A DNA stretch of 64,000 nt, taken from the human T2T-CHM13v2.0 reference genome, Homo sapiens. The DNA lies in the NCBI RefSeq assembly GCF_009914755.1, contig NC_060931.1; one strand, 5' to 3'. The position numbers were made by a program, and so were the translations under genes. The notes under the pieces are model-generated. The model was not told the DNA's origin, did no database searches, and worked only from the letters and a program-made list of their open reading frames with translations. Below are positions 43,951 to 58,344 of this stretch, in pieces; the first letter of the stretch is position 1; each line of letters starts with the position of its first letter.

Positions 43951-45049
43951 CATTTACTTTTGACTTTCCTAATCTTATACTAGACAATACTACCTAGCAA
44001 ATAACTTAAATGTAATATAATGTCAGATAATATTATATAAAAATCTTTCTACTCTACCCTTTTAAGAAATCTCTCTTCATCTTACCTTTCCACTCCCTCC
44101 CCCAGGCTTTCACAATTCCACTCAAACCTTCAAAACAACTTGTTCACAACTTCGTTAGAATCAACTGATCAATATGCTTTTCATAATCAAATATCTTTAT
44201 TTCACTCCTAAAGTGAAAATGTGGAATAAATGGTCTTCTTCAGAAGACCACTGTCAATTTTGATTTTCTTTTTCCTTAGAGTGGCTGGAATATTTATTAC
44301 AATGGCGCATTTTCACGAAGAACAAGAACCCATCAGAGCCTTGCTTTTAAATAATGCTTTGCACAGTTGATTCAATCAGCCCATGACTAATTCTAACTTC
44401 TGAATGAGGGGAAATAGCTGATTTTCCAACTCTCCTGAGAACGCTATACATATTCATAGAAATTTGGAGTAATAATTGGGAACAAGCACTATTAAATCAT
44501 CATTTGTTATATATATATTTTTCTAATAGAATAAAAAGAGAGATTGGAAAATGTCAACAAGTGATTTGTGTAAAGTCTCCTAATTCACAAGCTGACATTT
44601 CTTCAATGGAAACGAGTTAGAAGTAATGCTGGCAAAGACTACATTGTTAATTCAGATAATGTCACTTTGTCTCTTTGGAGGCACTTAATCAGGCTTGAAT
44701 AAAAATGAACAATGTGAAAATTCCTAGAGAAAATGCGATTATGGTATGATGCATCTTTCAGTTCACATGCTGACATTCTGAGTGTTTTAAAAAGGTACTC
44801 CATCAGCCATTTAGGTAATAGGAATTAAAAACAGATGGATTGTAAAGAATAAAAATAGGGACAGGAAAATGAGGTTCAATGTCACTCCTTCACATGCAGA
44901 AAGTGTTGCATTTCTCTTCTTGGCTCATTAAAGTTCAGGTGTAGCTGGAATGTTGTACTGTACCTCTATGAGCCCATTTATCAGCAGTGCTACCCCTTTG
45001 ATATTTTCTGTCCCAAACTTTATCTGCATGTTTTTTAAACTATAATTTA

Positions 45050-48000
45050 TAATATGTAATGTGAGACCTTAGAATAATACAAGGAATAAACATTAAAACC
45101 CCAATCAAATTTCTTGAGTTGAAAATATTTGAGGTAAAAAATGCTTAATGGAATTAATAGCAGATTACACATTACAGAAGAATTAACTATTGAGACTAAA
45201 GCTGTAGAAACTATCCAGAATGAAACACAGAGACGAAACTGACTAGAAAACCCACAAACAAACAAGAGATTCAGTGTACATTGGAACAATTTCAAATGGC
45301 AACTATATGTATAATTGTAGTTGTCCCTGAAGAAAGGAAGTGGGGAGGGGACATTTTTAGGAATAGTGGAATAAGGTTTTTCCAAGTTTGATTTTTAAAA
45401 ATCTATAAATACCTTAAAGCTTAAGGAACCCTGAACACATAGAAACACAAATAAAACTACATCAAGATACCTCACAATTAAATTGCTTAAAATCGGTGAT
45501 AAAAAGAAAAATCTTAAAAGTATCTAGAGGAGAAAAAGAAAAACAAGGCAAGGAATGAAAACACATTTCTTATCAGAAAGCATATAAACCAGAAGACTAT
45601 GAAAGAACATCTTTAAGTCTCTAAGGAAAAACACTGTCAATCTAGAATTTTATGTCCAGTGAAAATATCTTTCAAAAATGAAGACAAAATGGAGAATTTT
45701 TTCAAACTTACAGAAGCTAAAAGAATGTGAATTAGATAAGATGGAAATAGAAAGAACAAGCCTACCCAACAAGAATAAAGAATGAGGGGAAATAGACAAA
45801 ACATTTTGATTTTTGTTATTTTTGTATTTTAAAATCTTTGTAAAAGATAATTGTGTGTTTAAAGAAAACACAATAGCAATGTATCCTTGGGTTTATGATA
45901 CAAACATGGTATGTAATGATGGGGTAAAATTGTGAGGTAGAAAATGGAATCTTGTAAGCCTCTTATACATTGTGTTAGTTTATTTTATATTGCTATAAAA
46001 GAATACCTGAAATGGGGTAATTTATAATGACAAGAGATTTATTTTGGCTTATGGTTCTGCAGACTGTACAAGAAACTTAGTGCTGTCATCTGCTTCTGGT
46101 GAGGCCTCAGGAAGCTTACAATCATGGTGGAAGTTGAAGGGGGAGCAGGCACGTCACATGGTAAGAGAGGGAGTAAGAGAGAATGGGGAGGAGGTGCCAA
46201 GCTCTTTGTAGCAACCAGCTCTCGCATGAACTAATAGAGCAATAACTCACTCATTACTGCAGGGAGGGCACCAAGCCATTCATGAGGGATCCACCACCAT
46301 TATTCAAACACCTCCCACTAGGGTCCACCTCCAACAATGAGGATCACATTTCAACATGAGATTTGAGGGAAAAAATATCCAACTATATCATACATGAAGT
46401 GATATATTACTTAAATTAAACTGTAATAAGTTAAAGTTGCAGACTATAAACTCTCAAGCAACCAAAAAAAAAATCAACAAGTAAGTCAACAAACAAAATA
46501 AAATAAAATTATGTAAAAAGTCAATTAATCCAAAAGAATTGGCAGTGCAAGATTTAAAATAAAGCCTGGAGCAAATAAAACAAATAGCATAATGGTAGGT
46601 TTAAATGCAATCATATCAATAATCACATTAAACGTAGATGACCTAAGCACACAAATTAAAAGGCAGAGCCTGGCAGAATTAATTGGAAAATGAGAAAGCA
46701 ATACATTTGCCTGTAAGAAACTCACTTAAAAAAAAAAACACAAATAGGTTAAAAATAAAAGGATAAAAAAGAAAACTCATGCCAAAACTAATTAAAAGCT
46801 TAAAAAAGTTACACTAATATCAGTATATGTAGGTGAAGTATGTTAACTGAAAAATATTAGCAATGACAAGGGAAATTCATTATGACAATGGCATAAACTT
46901 ATAAAAAGTACATAGCAAACTTCAGTGTTTATACACTGAATAACAGCTTCAAAAATCATAAGTCAAACCTGATAAAAATGCCAGGAGAAGAGAAAAATCT
47001 GTAATTATAGGCAAAGATTTCAACACACCTTTCTCAATAATTGACAGAACAAATAGAAAATCAGTAAGGACATAGAATAATTGAACACCACTCTCAACTG
47101 TTTTGACCCAATTGACATTTTACGCTATTTCACCACCAACAGCAGAATATGTGTTATTTTCAATGACACACAGAATATTTACCAAGATAAACCATATTAT
47201 TTTATAAGCAAATTTCAATAAAAATCGAAGGACTTAAATTTTATACAGACCTTTCAAGATAAATGGAGAGAATGCTTCCTAACTCATTCTCTGAGGCCAG
47301 CATAACTTTAATACCAAAAACCTGATCAAAAAAAGAAAAACAAGAAAAGAAAGCTATAGACCAATGTCCCTCCTGAAAATTAATGTAAAAATTCTTCACA
47401 AAATGTTAGTAAATAAAATCTAGCACTATATAAATTGTATTCATAAAGTATCATGTTCAAAGTTGGTTTAATTCAATATAATTCAGTACAGTAACAAACT
47501 GAAAAAGCCATAAGATCATTTCAAAAGATGCAGAAAAAGCATTTGACAAATACTAACATTCATTTCTGATAAAAAATAATCTCAGCTAGCTAGCAATAGA
47601 AGAGAGTTGCTTCAAATTTCTAAAGAGTCTTTATGAAAATTTTACCGGTAGCATTCACAATTAATGGTAAAAAGTGCTTTGCTACTAAAATAAAGAAAAA
47701 GGCATGGATGTCTTAAGGCAAGAGTAAGAAATGAAAGACCGAGGTTGGAAGGGAGGAAGTATCACTGGCTTTATTCAAAGAAACATCATTGTTTATGTAT
47801 AAAAATCCTATGAACTTACAAGAAAGCCACTAGACCTAATAAGAAAGTTTAGCAAGTGTGCAGGATACAAAATAAATTTATGAAAATGTATTCCTAGATT
47901 CTAGCAAAAATCAGAAACTGAAGCTAAAAACCAATATGATTTATAATAGTATGAAAAGTGAAATACAACAGCACCAAAAATATAAAATATTTTTAAAGAA

Positions 48001-48145
48001 GAGCAAAACCGTATGCTGAAAACTATATAATGCTGCTCAGCAAAATTAAACACTATCTAAATAGAGAGCTATAGTGTGTTCATGGATCTGGAGACTCATA
48101 TATTTAAGATGTCATTTCTATTCCAGTTGATCTATTGATTATGAC
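45050..48145 (+). mobile_element. Old L1M (L1MC/MD-type) ORF1-ORF2 fragments, interrupted by an MST LTR
   Basis: A-rich ORF1-like sequence and ORF2 remnants: gatttcaacacacctttctcaataattgacagaac (GDFNT region) and agatgcagaaaaagcatttgacaaa (DAEKAFDK). Confidence 0.8.
45971..46390 (-). mobile_element. MSTA/MSTB MaLR solo LTR
   Basis: TG...CA termini, ctgcttctggtgaggcctcaggaagcttacaatcatgg core, and perfect 5-bp TSD TACAT (45966-45970, 46391-46395). Confidence 0.92.
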
Positions 48146-49544
48146 TAGAGTTCATGAACAGACTAGATTCCTGTTCTAGTCCCCAAAATTTTCACTCTAG
48201 TATACAGTTTGTTTTAGACTGTCTAAGGTGCTAAAAGTCCACAAACTCTTTCAGGAAGTGTAAGATAAGAAAAGACCCTGGAAGCTAGTCTGAAAGCCCA
48301 ACATCTTATACATACAAAATTTTTTGCAGAGCTGAGATCTTTCTTCACATCAGAAGCAGATTTCATAGCAGCCATATCTGGGTTGATCAGAAGTGCTGTT
48401 TTCAAAACATCTCTTTCCCTTTATCCTAAGTTTCTTCCACCAAAATTCTCCCCATTCTCTTTCAGGATGACTTGGAGTTTAAAAGTCATTGCATGAAATG
48501 TAAGGTTTTTATTTCATTTTCAAGCTTCATTTGAAAATTTATTCATAGGTCATAGAATATGGAGATGTAGAAAGGTGTCTATTTGTGATTTCTTTATGTA
48601 GGAGTATTATAAGAGGCCACTATTCTTAGAGACTCTGATAAACAGCATCTGACTCTTCTGAAGAGTCCAAGAACATGTACAGCTTTACAAAAGAGAGGGA
48701 ATGTGTCATGAAAGAAATATGAGCTAAGTTTTAAAAAAGGGCAGAATGAAGCAATTAGAATAACTAAGTAAATAATAATGAAAATGCTGGCTATTGTGCA
48801 TGAATATGAGAGCAAATTGATCTTCTTTGGATAAAGTAGAGGCTACATGACATTTCCAATATTTTGGTAATCTTCAATACATTTTTTTTTTACAGAAAAA
48901 TTACCACAAAGGCATGGAGTCTAACTCAGTGGCTCCACCATAGACTTGCTGCTGTGAGGGGGTCAAAGGGTAGGTTCAGCTCAGCAGGTGTAAAGAACTA
49001 CAGCTGCTGGGGTAAATCAACAACCTTGCAGAAAATGCTCCAGGGAGCTCTGGAAACATGGGGAATTTTGAACTATGTAAAAATCCCTGAAGTGAAAACT
49101 AACGACAACAATGAGTTAATGAAGTGAGAGGCTCAGTCTATACTGACATGCCACATTATTTCAATAAGATATTGAACTTGTGTTTAGTGTTGTATACAGA
49201 GTTTAAATTTTCCTATATTTTCTTTTTATGCTGAATTTTGTAAATGGAGATTTGCTTTTTAAATACATACTATGTTCACTCTTACTTCCAGTGTTCTCTC
49301 TCAACCAAGGAGAAATGAATTAAAATTAAATGATCCTCTGGAAATCTCTGCTTAGGGGTTATGAACTAGGAGTAACCTTTCTAACTTAAATAAAATTCAC
49401 TTATCTAGAGTTTTAAGGAGATTTTGGCTAAATAACCTTCTGAAGAAAGAGTTTTAGCAAGGCTAGTGGATATATAGGCAATTACTTCTGTGTGATTCAC
49501 TAAGGAATAAGAATATTACAGCAATTGTAAGACTGCTATCTAAT

Positions 49545-49780
49545 ATTGAGTTTTATTATAGGCAACACTGCTCCACGTTTTATGTCTATTAACTTATTTA
49601 ATCCTCACAACACTATGAAGATATTCTTATACTATTAGTAGCCTATTTTAAGAATGAGGAAAACTGCAACATATAGAGGTCAAATAACACATCTAAGGGT
49701 ACACAAGAGGTAAGTGGTGAAGCAGGGATTTGGTCCTGGTAGTCAGCCTCCAGATCCTGTGTTTATAGGCACCACTATAG
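49545..49780 (-). mobile_element. MIR
   Basis: ttatttaatcctcacaac...atgaggaaaactg...ggtaagtggtgaagcagggattt. Confidence 0.7.
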
Positions 49781-50644
49781 ACAGATAATCGTTTTGGTCC
49801 CCATTTGAGCTAGGCTAATTTGCTCTGTTCTCTGGCTATATGGTTACTTCTAATATTTTTGCCATCAACTAATTAATATGTTGACTCCTCTGAGTTTAAG
49901 ATGCAAGCTTTAGGCTCCCTCTCCCTTTCACTCGGCATGGAGTCCTGCAGTAGAGTAGGCTAGTGGCAAGGAGCATCTAGGCACAGATGAGAACAGGAAG
50001 CACTTTCCTCCCAAGACACCTGGGTCCTCAAAGAGGTACAGAGCATCCGAAGTCCCAGAGGCCCTTGAAGTGGTGGATCAATAGGGCTTGTGGCAGTGAT
50101 GAAGACATGTTGATCTCAAGGATGATATGAGTTTCATGAGCCAAAAAGCATGAGTAGATCTTGGAATCAGAAGTGGATGATAAAACATGGGAATAATATA
50201 TTTCAGATAATCTCAGTGGAATTGTACATCTCAGTGGAATCCACCATGGACAACTGCTAATCACAAAACCAGATGCATCTCACTCACTAGGAGCTTCATA
50301 TGTAAGGTCTACAGCACTTGGATGAACACTGCAAGGAGAAAAGAGCAAGAGAGGGGACCTAAAACAAAAACTAAGTTGAATAAGTTCAGTTTGAAATCAC
50401 AGTTAAAACACTGAAATGACTAAATTGACTTCGATTTCATTAGATTAAGTCTTCTGCTACCAAGCCAAATTGCAGCTTGAGAGTGAAATTATATGAAGAT
50501 ATGAAAATAAAAGACAATTTCATTTTGGACACTCAAATACAAGGCTGTAAAATTGCTGTATACACTCAAGTTTTAATGCACAGGAATATGATGCCGTAAC
50601 AATGACTTTCCTTTCTATGGTGGGAAGAGATAGGGAAGAATACT

Positions 50645-50810
50645 GAGTAGGGCAAAATAATCATATTATTCAATATTACAAATTAGATAAATGAGGCTCG
50701 GAGCAGTTATCTGACTAACTCAGTGCTTCACTGCCAATAAATGGTGGAATTGAAACTTGAGTTAATGTCTTCTGAGTCCAAAACCTGCACTCTTTCAGTG
50801 GAGCCACATT
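50645..50810 (-). mobile_element. MIR fragment
   Basis: ataaatgaggctc...aataaatggtggaattgaaacttga...tctgagtccaaaacctgcactcttt. Confidence 0.55.
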
Positions 50811-51924
50811 GATTTCATTTATATAATGTTGATTACTACCAAAACAACTAAAGAAGGGAAATTTCTGCTCTAAATGTGAAAGAGGAACTACTAAATGAAC
50901 AACATGTTAACACAGCCAAAAGCAGAGTGGGTTTATAAAGCCGTAAGATTTTCTCATAATCCCAGACTATTAAGTAAGCCAGGTCTTCATTACATGGTCA
51001 TTACTCTGGAGATCTTCAAATTCAAGCCAATGTTTTGAGTGATGAAGCTAGCAAGTCTGTTTGGTTTTATCTGGGGCAGGCTGAAGGAAGGATTTGTGGG
51101 TCTATGTTGATCCAATTCTTCAACATCATGGTTCCAATGGCAAATACAGTGAATGAAGATGAACAGTTTATGCAGCAATTGCTGCTTAAGACTGAGAAAG
51201 AAGCTCACTTCAACTCCACCCTGATTCAATTTCCCTTTTTTCTTTAGTAATTTTAAGTATGATTGGAGGAGAAAATAGTATCTCATCTAGTTATAACTAA
51301 TTTAAAAGAAAAGAGGACTTCAAAATTATTCTTGAGCTATTTTTTTTTTTTACTTTCTGCAATGTAAGAATAAAGAAGAAGAAAAGAATGGACCAGAAGA
51401 AGGTGAACTGAAAGTCTTCCTGCCTACAGGCTAAAATGAAGGAAACAATTTAGGAAATATTGTGTACTATATATAGAAGCTGGTGGCATAACTATTTGAA
51501 CAGAACCATCATCGAAGAAATAACAAAAACTATCTGTTTCAGAAAAGCAGATGACAGTGTGTTTTTATCATGGGGTTATTGTATATATCAATCAGCTACA
51601 GCTCCTTTTTAAGAACTCTAATGTAAGGATTATAAGACATCATTTATAATTCACTTATTGAGCAGGCCTTGGAGAAATTTTTTAAAAAGTAATTGATGTG
51701 CTTATGAGTTAGTCCCTTGTGTATTTTCTTGAAGAGTGTATATTTCTTAGTCATGATGTATAGATTGTCTAAAGCTTTTTTATTTTGGAAGACCTAAAAG
51801 ACAAACTGACAAGTAACCATGCCTACAGATATAATACCCTATTTTTATTTTCCCTTCCCAAGAGAATGTGGAGGAGGTACATGAGCTAAAAGTTTAGAGA
51901 TTATAGGTCTCTCGATTTACTTAG

Positions 51925-52283
<359 letters not shown>

Positions 52284-52749
52284 AAAATTTTTGTTCACAT
52301 TATGATAAATTTATTCCTAGGCACAATAGTACATTTTTTAAAAATTGCATTTTCTAATAGTTCATTTCCATTGTACAGAAATGCAATTGATTTCTGTATA
52401 TTGTATGTAGAAACATCATTAAAATAATAATTTTGATTATCTGTGTAGAAAATCACATTATATAAAAATGATAGTTTCTTGTTTCCATTTCAGTAAGAAT
52501 TGTCTATTATTGCTTTCTGTTTCTCTGTTTTACTCCATTATCTAGGGTTTCTGGTTAAATGTTTAATAAAAGTGGTGTTATTGGGCATTTTGGTTTTAAT
52601 CTTCATCAAAAAGGAAAGTTTTAACTTTAACCCTAATTATAATTATTAATCTTATTTCAGACTGGATACTGGATTCTGAACTAGATATTGAACACTATTA
52701 AGTTTAATGTCTATTCTAGGTCTTTTTCTGACACTATTTTTCTTAAGGA

Positions 52750-55365
52750 ATTTATTTTATTTTTTAGTTTTTTAACTTTCATTTTAGGTTCAGGGGTATA
52801 TGTGCAGGTTTCTCATATAGGCAAATTGCATGTCATAGGGGTTTGGTGTACAGATTATTTTGCCACCCAGATAATAAGCATAGTATCTGAATGGTAGATT
52901 TTTGATCCTCACACCATTTCCCTCTCCCCTCAAGTAGGCCCCTATGTCTGTTGTTCACTTCTTTGTGTCCATATGTACTCAGTGTTTAGCTCCCACTCAT
53001 AAGTGAGAACATGGAGTATTTGGTTTTCACTTCCTGCATTAGTTTGCTTAGAATAATGGCCTCTAGCTCCATCAATGTTGCTGCAAGAGACATGATTTCA
53101 TTCTTTTTAATGGCTGTATAGTATTCCATGGTGTATATGTACCACGTTCTCTTTATCCAGTGTACTGTTGATGAGCATTTAGGTTGATTCTATGTCTTTG
53201 CTATTGTGAATGATGCTGTGATGAACATATCTGTGCCTGTGTCTTTATGGTAGAATGATGTATATTTCTTTGGGTGTATACTCAATAATGGAATTGCTGT
53301 GTTGAATGGTAATTCTGCTTTGAGTTCTTTGAGAAATCGCCAAACTGCTTTGCACAATGGCTGAGCTCATTTATATTACCACCAGCAGTATATAAATGTT
53401 CCCTTTTCTCTGCAACCTTGCTAGCATCTGTTATTTATTGACTTTTTAATAAAAGCCATTCTGACTGGTGTTAGATTGTATCTCATTGTGGTTTTAATGT
53501 GCATTTCTCTAATGATTAGTGATGTTGAGCACTTTTTCATATTCTTGTTGGCTATGTGTATGTCTTCTGATGAGAAGTGTCTGTTCATGTCCCTTGCCCA
53601 CTTTTTAATGGGGTTGTTCACTTTTTGTTGTTGATTTAAGTTCCTTATACATGCTGAATATTAGATCATTGTCAGATGGATAGTTAGCAAATATTTTCTC
53701 CCATTCTGTGAGTTGTTTGTTTATTGTGTTGGTAGTTTCTTTTGCTGTGCAGAAGGTCTTTAGTTGAATTAGGTACCAATTGTCAATTCTTATTTTTGTT
53801 GCAATTGCTTTTGGCATCTTCATCATCTTTGCTAGGTCCTATGTCAAGAATGGTATTGCCTAGGTTGTCTCCCAGGGGTTTTATGGTTTTCATAATTACA
53901 TTTAAGTCTTTAATCCACCTTGAGTTGATTTTTACATATGGTATAAGGAAGAGGTCCAGTTTCAATCTTCTGCGTATGGCTAATCAGCTATCCCAGCACC
54001 ATTTCTTAAATGGGGAGTTCTTTCCCCATTGTTTATTTTTGTCAACTTTGTCAAAGATCAGATGGTTGTAGGTTTCCAGCATTATTTATATTCTGTTCCA
54101 TTGGTCTATGTGTCTGTTTTTGTGCCAGTACCATGCTGTTTCGGTTACTGTAGCCTTGTAATATAGTTTGAAGTTGGGTAAGGTGATATCTTCAGCTTTG
54201 TTCTTTTTGCTTGAGAATGCTTTGGCTATTTAGGCTCTTTTTTGGTTCCATATTAATTTTAAATTTTTTTTTTTCTGATTTTAAGTATGGATGGAGTCAT
54301 TGGAGAAGCCCAAGAAGCAGTCTCTTTCAGCCCACACTCCTCCCGGCTCCAATTTGAAGAGCTGCTGTCATGTCTGCTGCAGTGCACTGGGGTGCAGAGG
54401 CAAGGAGCAAGGGATGACCCCCTCTCCAAGTTCATTCCTGAGCTTTGGTGGTGCCCACTTCAGCAGCTGGTGCTGTGCTCATGTTTTCTCTGACCCAGTG
54501 CTTTGGTGGGCTGCGCTCCACCCCCTTCTTAAGGGTAATCTGCACTGAGGGTTAGATCTCCAGGAAAGAGGGGACTCCTTCTTCCCACTCCTTAAAGCTG
54601 GTGGGGCACTGTCCCCCAACTGACCAAGAGAACAGGCTGGGCACCCAGCAATGGCACACGGAGACCATTTCCAGGTCATAAAGCTGAGTCTGGCTGCAAG
54701 CCTCACTAACCAGGAGAAACCTTGTCTTCAGCAATTCTCCTCCTGGCTCCAGTCCTGCAATGGGAGAGAGCCTAATGTCAGTGCCTACTGCTAGGGCACT
54801 CTCCATACTCGCCACTGAGTTCTGGACATGGGAGCCCTTCCACTATTCCAGGGCAAGTTCTCCAATCTCTGGCCCTAGATGAAAATGCCCGCAGTGGCTG
54901 CCACTGCCAGGTCTGCAAATGATGGATGTCTTTATATGAGCCTGGATTAAAACTGGCATCGTTTTCTCAGTCTCAGGTCTTGGAGAATGCCTGCTGCTTT
55001 TCCTGATGTCTTTCCCTCTCTTCATCTCTCAGCCTTTCCCCAAGTTAGCTCCTGAAATTGGGAGAAACAGGGTGCTCTCCCTTGGCCTGGGTTGTACAGA
55101 TCCTTAGTGAAAAGGTGAGTCACAGAGGGAGACTGACAGCCCTTCTCACATACTGGGGCTTCACTCATTTTTATCAGCCAAATGTCATCATGGGGGCTGC
55201 TTGCCCACTTTATCCTACCCAGGGTCATGGGTGTCCTTTGCTATTCCAGTGAATTGCCATTTTCCTTCCTGAATCAAAGCTCACAGAGTTGATCTTTATG
55301 TACTATATTGCTATTTCCAAGTGGCTGAGGCATGCTGAAAGCCTCTAATCCACAATCTTGGAAAA
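52750..55365 (-). mobile_element. Internally deleted L1PA15/16-like element: ~1.1-kb L1 5' UTR joined to the last ~1.5 kb of ORF2 and the 3' UTR
   Basis: 3' UTR and ORF2 end at 52750-54280 (NNPIKKWA...[11 protein letters not shown]). A GC-richer 5' UTR at 54281-55365 ends CCAAGATTGTGGATTAGAGGC (minus strand). ORF1 and the EN/RT domains are absent. Confidence 0.8.
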
Positions 55366-55721
55366 ACTGACTCTCCTATTAATATTTAAAAAATTCTCAG
55401 TCACCGTATGTTTTATTATGCCTCCTTTATTCTTTTTATCATATATTCCTGGAATTCTGATTAAATATTTGTTACATTTCCCATTCTCATTTTATTTTTC
55501 TTAGCCTCCCTCTTAGAGTTCCACCTTTTGTCTCTCTCTGTGCTGTATTCTCATTAATGTTTTGGAATGTGTCTTCCAGTTCACACACTTTCTTTTCTGG
55601 TTTGCATAATGTGCTATTTAACCTATTATGGTTTTAATTTAAATTAGTATACTTTTCACTGCTAAAATTTCTGTCTGATACCTTTTTAGTTCTCTTTGGT
55701 TACTTTTCACAGTTTGTTGTT

Positions 55722-56339
55722 TGTATTTGTTTCGTATTGTTGCTTTAACAAATTCTGCAAATTTATAGGCTGAAAATAAAACCCATTATTATCTTAAAGT
55801 TCTGTAGATTTGAAGTTCAGAACAAGTTTCATGGGACTAAAATTATGGTGTCTTCAGGGCTTCATTTTTTATTGGAGACTCTTAGGTTGAATCTGCTCCC
55901 AGGCTCATGAAGGTTGTTGGCAGAATTCAGTCACACGCAACTGTAGGAATGAGGTCCCTGTCTCCTTGCTGGGTTTCAGCTGGGGGTCATTCTCAACTTC
56001 TAGAGGCTTCCTGCACACCCTGGCTTGTGGTCCCTTTTATCTTCAAAGCCAGCAATGGTGGTTTGAGCCTTCTTATGCATCACATCTCTCTGACTTCTCA
56101 TTGTGTTTCATCTTGCCCATCTGACTCTTCTGTCATCCTCATTTGCATTTAAGTGCTCATTTGGCCACATTGTGCACAACTGTATAATTTAGGCTACTCT
56201 CCCTATTTTAATGTTAGCTGATTACTAACCTTAATCACATCTGTAAAGTCCCTTTGCAGCAGTACCTACGTTAGTGTTTGATTGAATAACCAAGAAACAG
56301 AAATTTTAGGGGTACATTTTTAGAATTCTGTTTACCATA
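55722..56339 (-). mobile_element. MLT1E-like MaLR LTR
   Basis: gttgttggcagaattcagt, tcttcaaagccagcaatgg, aaccttaatcacatctgtaaagtccctttgc, and tttagaattctgtttaccata end. Confidence 0.75.
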
Positions 56340-58338
56340 CGTATGTTTCCAAACATTATACATCCTCATTTTATATTCTATATGTGATAGTCTTAACATA
56401 TGTTGCCCTTGTACTTTGGATCTCTTTCTTTCGGTTATCTTGGCTCCTGCACATTGTGCAATATGTTCTGATATAATTTGTAAGTTTTGATTAAAATCGC
56501 ACATGAAGTTTAGCCTTAGTACTGTTTTAAGCCCTTGATTGAAAAAGGTCATCCTTCTTTTCCCAGGTACTTGAGAATACTACCAATTCAAAATTATTTT
56601 AAAATAGGGTTTCAGATTAAGTCCAACTCTTTCCCATGCTTTGTTCTCTGCCCTGCCCCCAACACACACATTGGTATTGAGACTTTAGGCTTCCTCCACC
56701 TAGTGTGTAAACCAAAATATGAAAGTTCTCCTGATATTTTCCTCTATGTGGTGAGATTTTTCCCTAGCTCACATTCTCACTAAGAATATAGTCCTTTGGG
56801 ATCCTAACCCTATATTGGTTTCCATCCACCCTTAACTTGGATAGACCCTAGCTTTGTCTCCTATTCCTATGAACCCATTAAGAGATCTCTAGGGATCAGC
56901 AGTTACCACCTTCAGTTCTTCTTTAAATCTCTGGATTCTTGCTTGTGCTTCATCTTTGTCTTCTGAGGACTTCCATTTTTTCTTGTAGACGCAATTATGT
57001 TATCCAATATTTCTTATTATTTAGCTTCAAAAAGATCCCATGCTGTATCTGTACCACTATACTATCAGTAAGAAAATTCCCTTTATTTCTTTTATAAAAC
57101 CCTGCTTTTTCTTTCCAGACAGAGATTCCCATATTTGGAAAAACCTTTTAATTTCTGCCTCCCTTATATATTATTTTTACTGTTTACTTCTAGATTAATA
57201 TGGTCTTGCCTCTATGTTGGGGACCTGAGATTTTGATATTTGCATTCCCGAAACTAACCTAGTAAGTTTTTACTGAAAAATTTGATTCATCTAGAAATAA
57301 CATGATTAATACTGCCCCCAGAGAATAATTTTAACTATTTCATTTTTTAGATTATGCTAAAATAATAAACTGATACAGTTTGTTCAGTTTTACTCTTGCA
57401 TTCCTAATCCAATCCTTCCTCTACTAAAATTTTTTAAAAACATTTCATTTGGTAAAATCTACATACTCAAGCAAAAATAAAATTTATTAACTAAACCAAT
57501 AAAATTTTAGAACTGAAATGTCATCACAAGGACTCTTATATTTAGCCATGATAGAGATATAATAATATATCTAATACTCTTTGACACATAATAATACATG
57601 GTACACATGTCAAGATACAATGAATGTGCCATGATGTCGTTTTGTCAATTTTTGCTAATAATGCTCATTAGAACCACTGTCTAAAATTATGTACCTCCCA
57701 GGCTGAAAAAAGAAAGGTTTGGACACCATGGTGAAAATACTGCACACATATGAGAGAAAAGAAGTCTGAATTGTAGAGATGCTGACATGTACAGCAGCAG
57801 TTGAGGTGACTGAAAGATATACATATGCCAGTGCAGCCTTCCAAGTGCCTGCATGAACAGACAGTAGGTAGGCACTTAGTAGAATTGCTGCTATCATCTA
57901 GACAAGATCCAATCCTAAGTAAGATGCTGAAATTCAAAGTGACAAAGATTTCTAGTTAACCTCTAAGTAATGATCAGGATAATGACAAAAATACTGTCTA
58001 CCATAGAGTGGGAGGACAAAGGATTTTTGATCATCTGTTTAGAATTGCTTTCTGGAAACTTTCAAAGACAGTATGCAACTCTCAAACTAAAATAACTTGA
58101 GAACATTAATGTAAATGGGACAAATGTGAAATGGGTCATTTAAGTCATTTTTGATATATCAAACATAGAGCTGTGGTAAGAGAACTATATCACTCAATTA
58201 AACAAATTTTCACTAAGTATTATTTTTCACATACTCAGCTAGCAGCTATTGGAAGTAATTCATTAAAATTATCCAAGCTGAAATGTTTGCATTATTTTAT
58301 TGAGACCAAAACTTACTCATTATAATTTGAAAAGTCAT

Positions 58339-58344
58339 TTTATT
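58339..58344 (-). terminator. Candidate SLC13A1 polyadenylation signal AATAAA
   Basis: TTTATT on plus at 58339-58344, with a second copy at 58296-58301. The position fits the expected UTR length, but the region is AT-rich and contains other hexamers. Confidence 0.55.

Noticed and set aside
48466-48499. Possible 34-nt plus-strand micro-exon (ttctctttcag|...|gtaagg)
   Set aside because: Splice-like motifs of this quality arise by chance in 64 kb, and no partner exons or transcript evidence are available.
50209-50243. atctcagtggaat repeated twice at an 18-bp period
   Set aside because: Only two short copies. This is an ordinary micro-duplication, not an array.
50978-51247. Stop-free, coding-looking plus-strand frame (...SDEASKSVWFYLGQAEG...) overlapping a 98-aa minus-strand ORF
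   Set aside because: No protein family is recognisable and there are no convincing flanking splice sites. It would need tBLASTn or PhyloCSF support.
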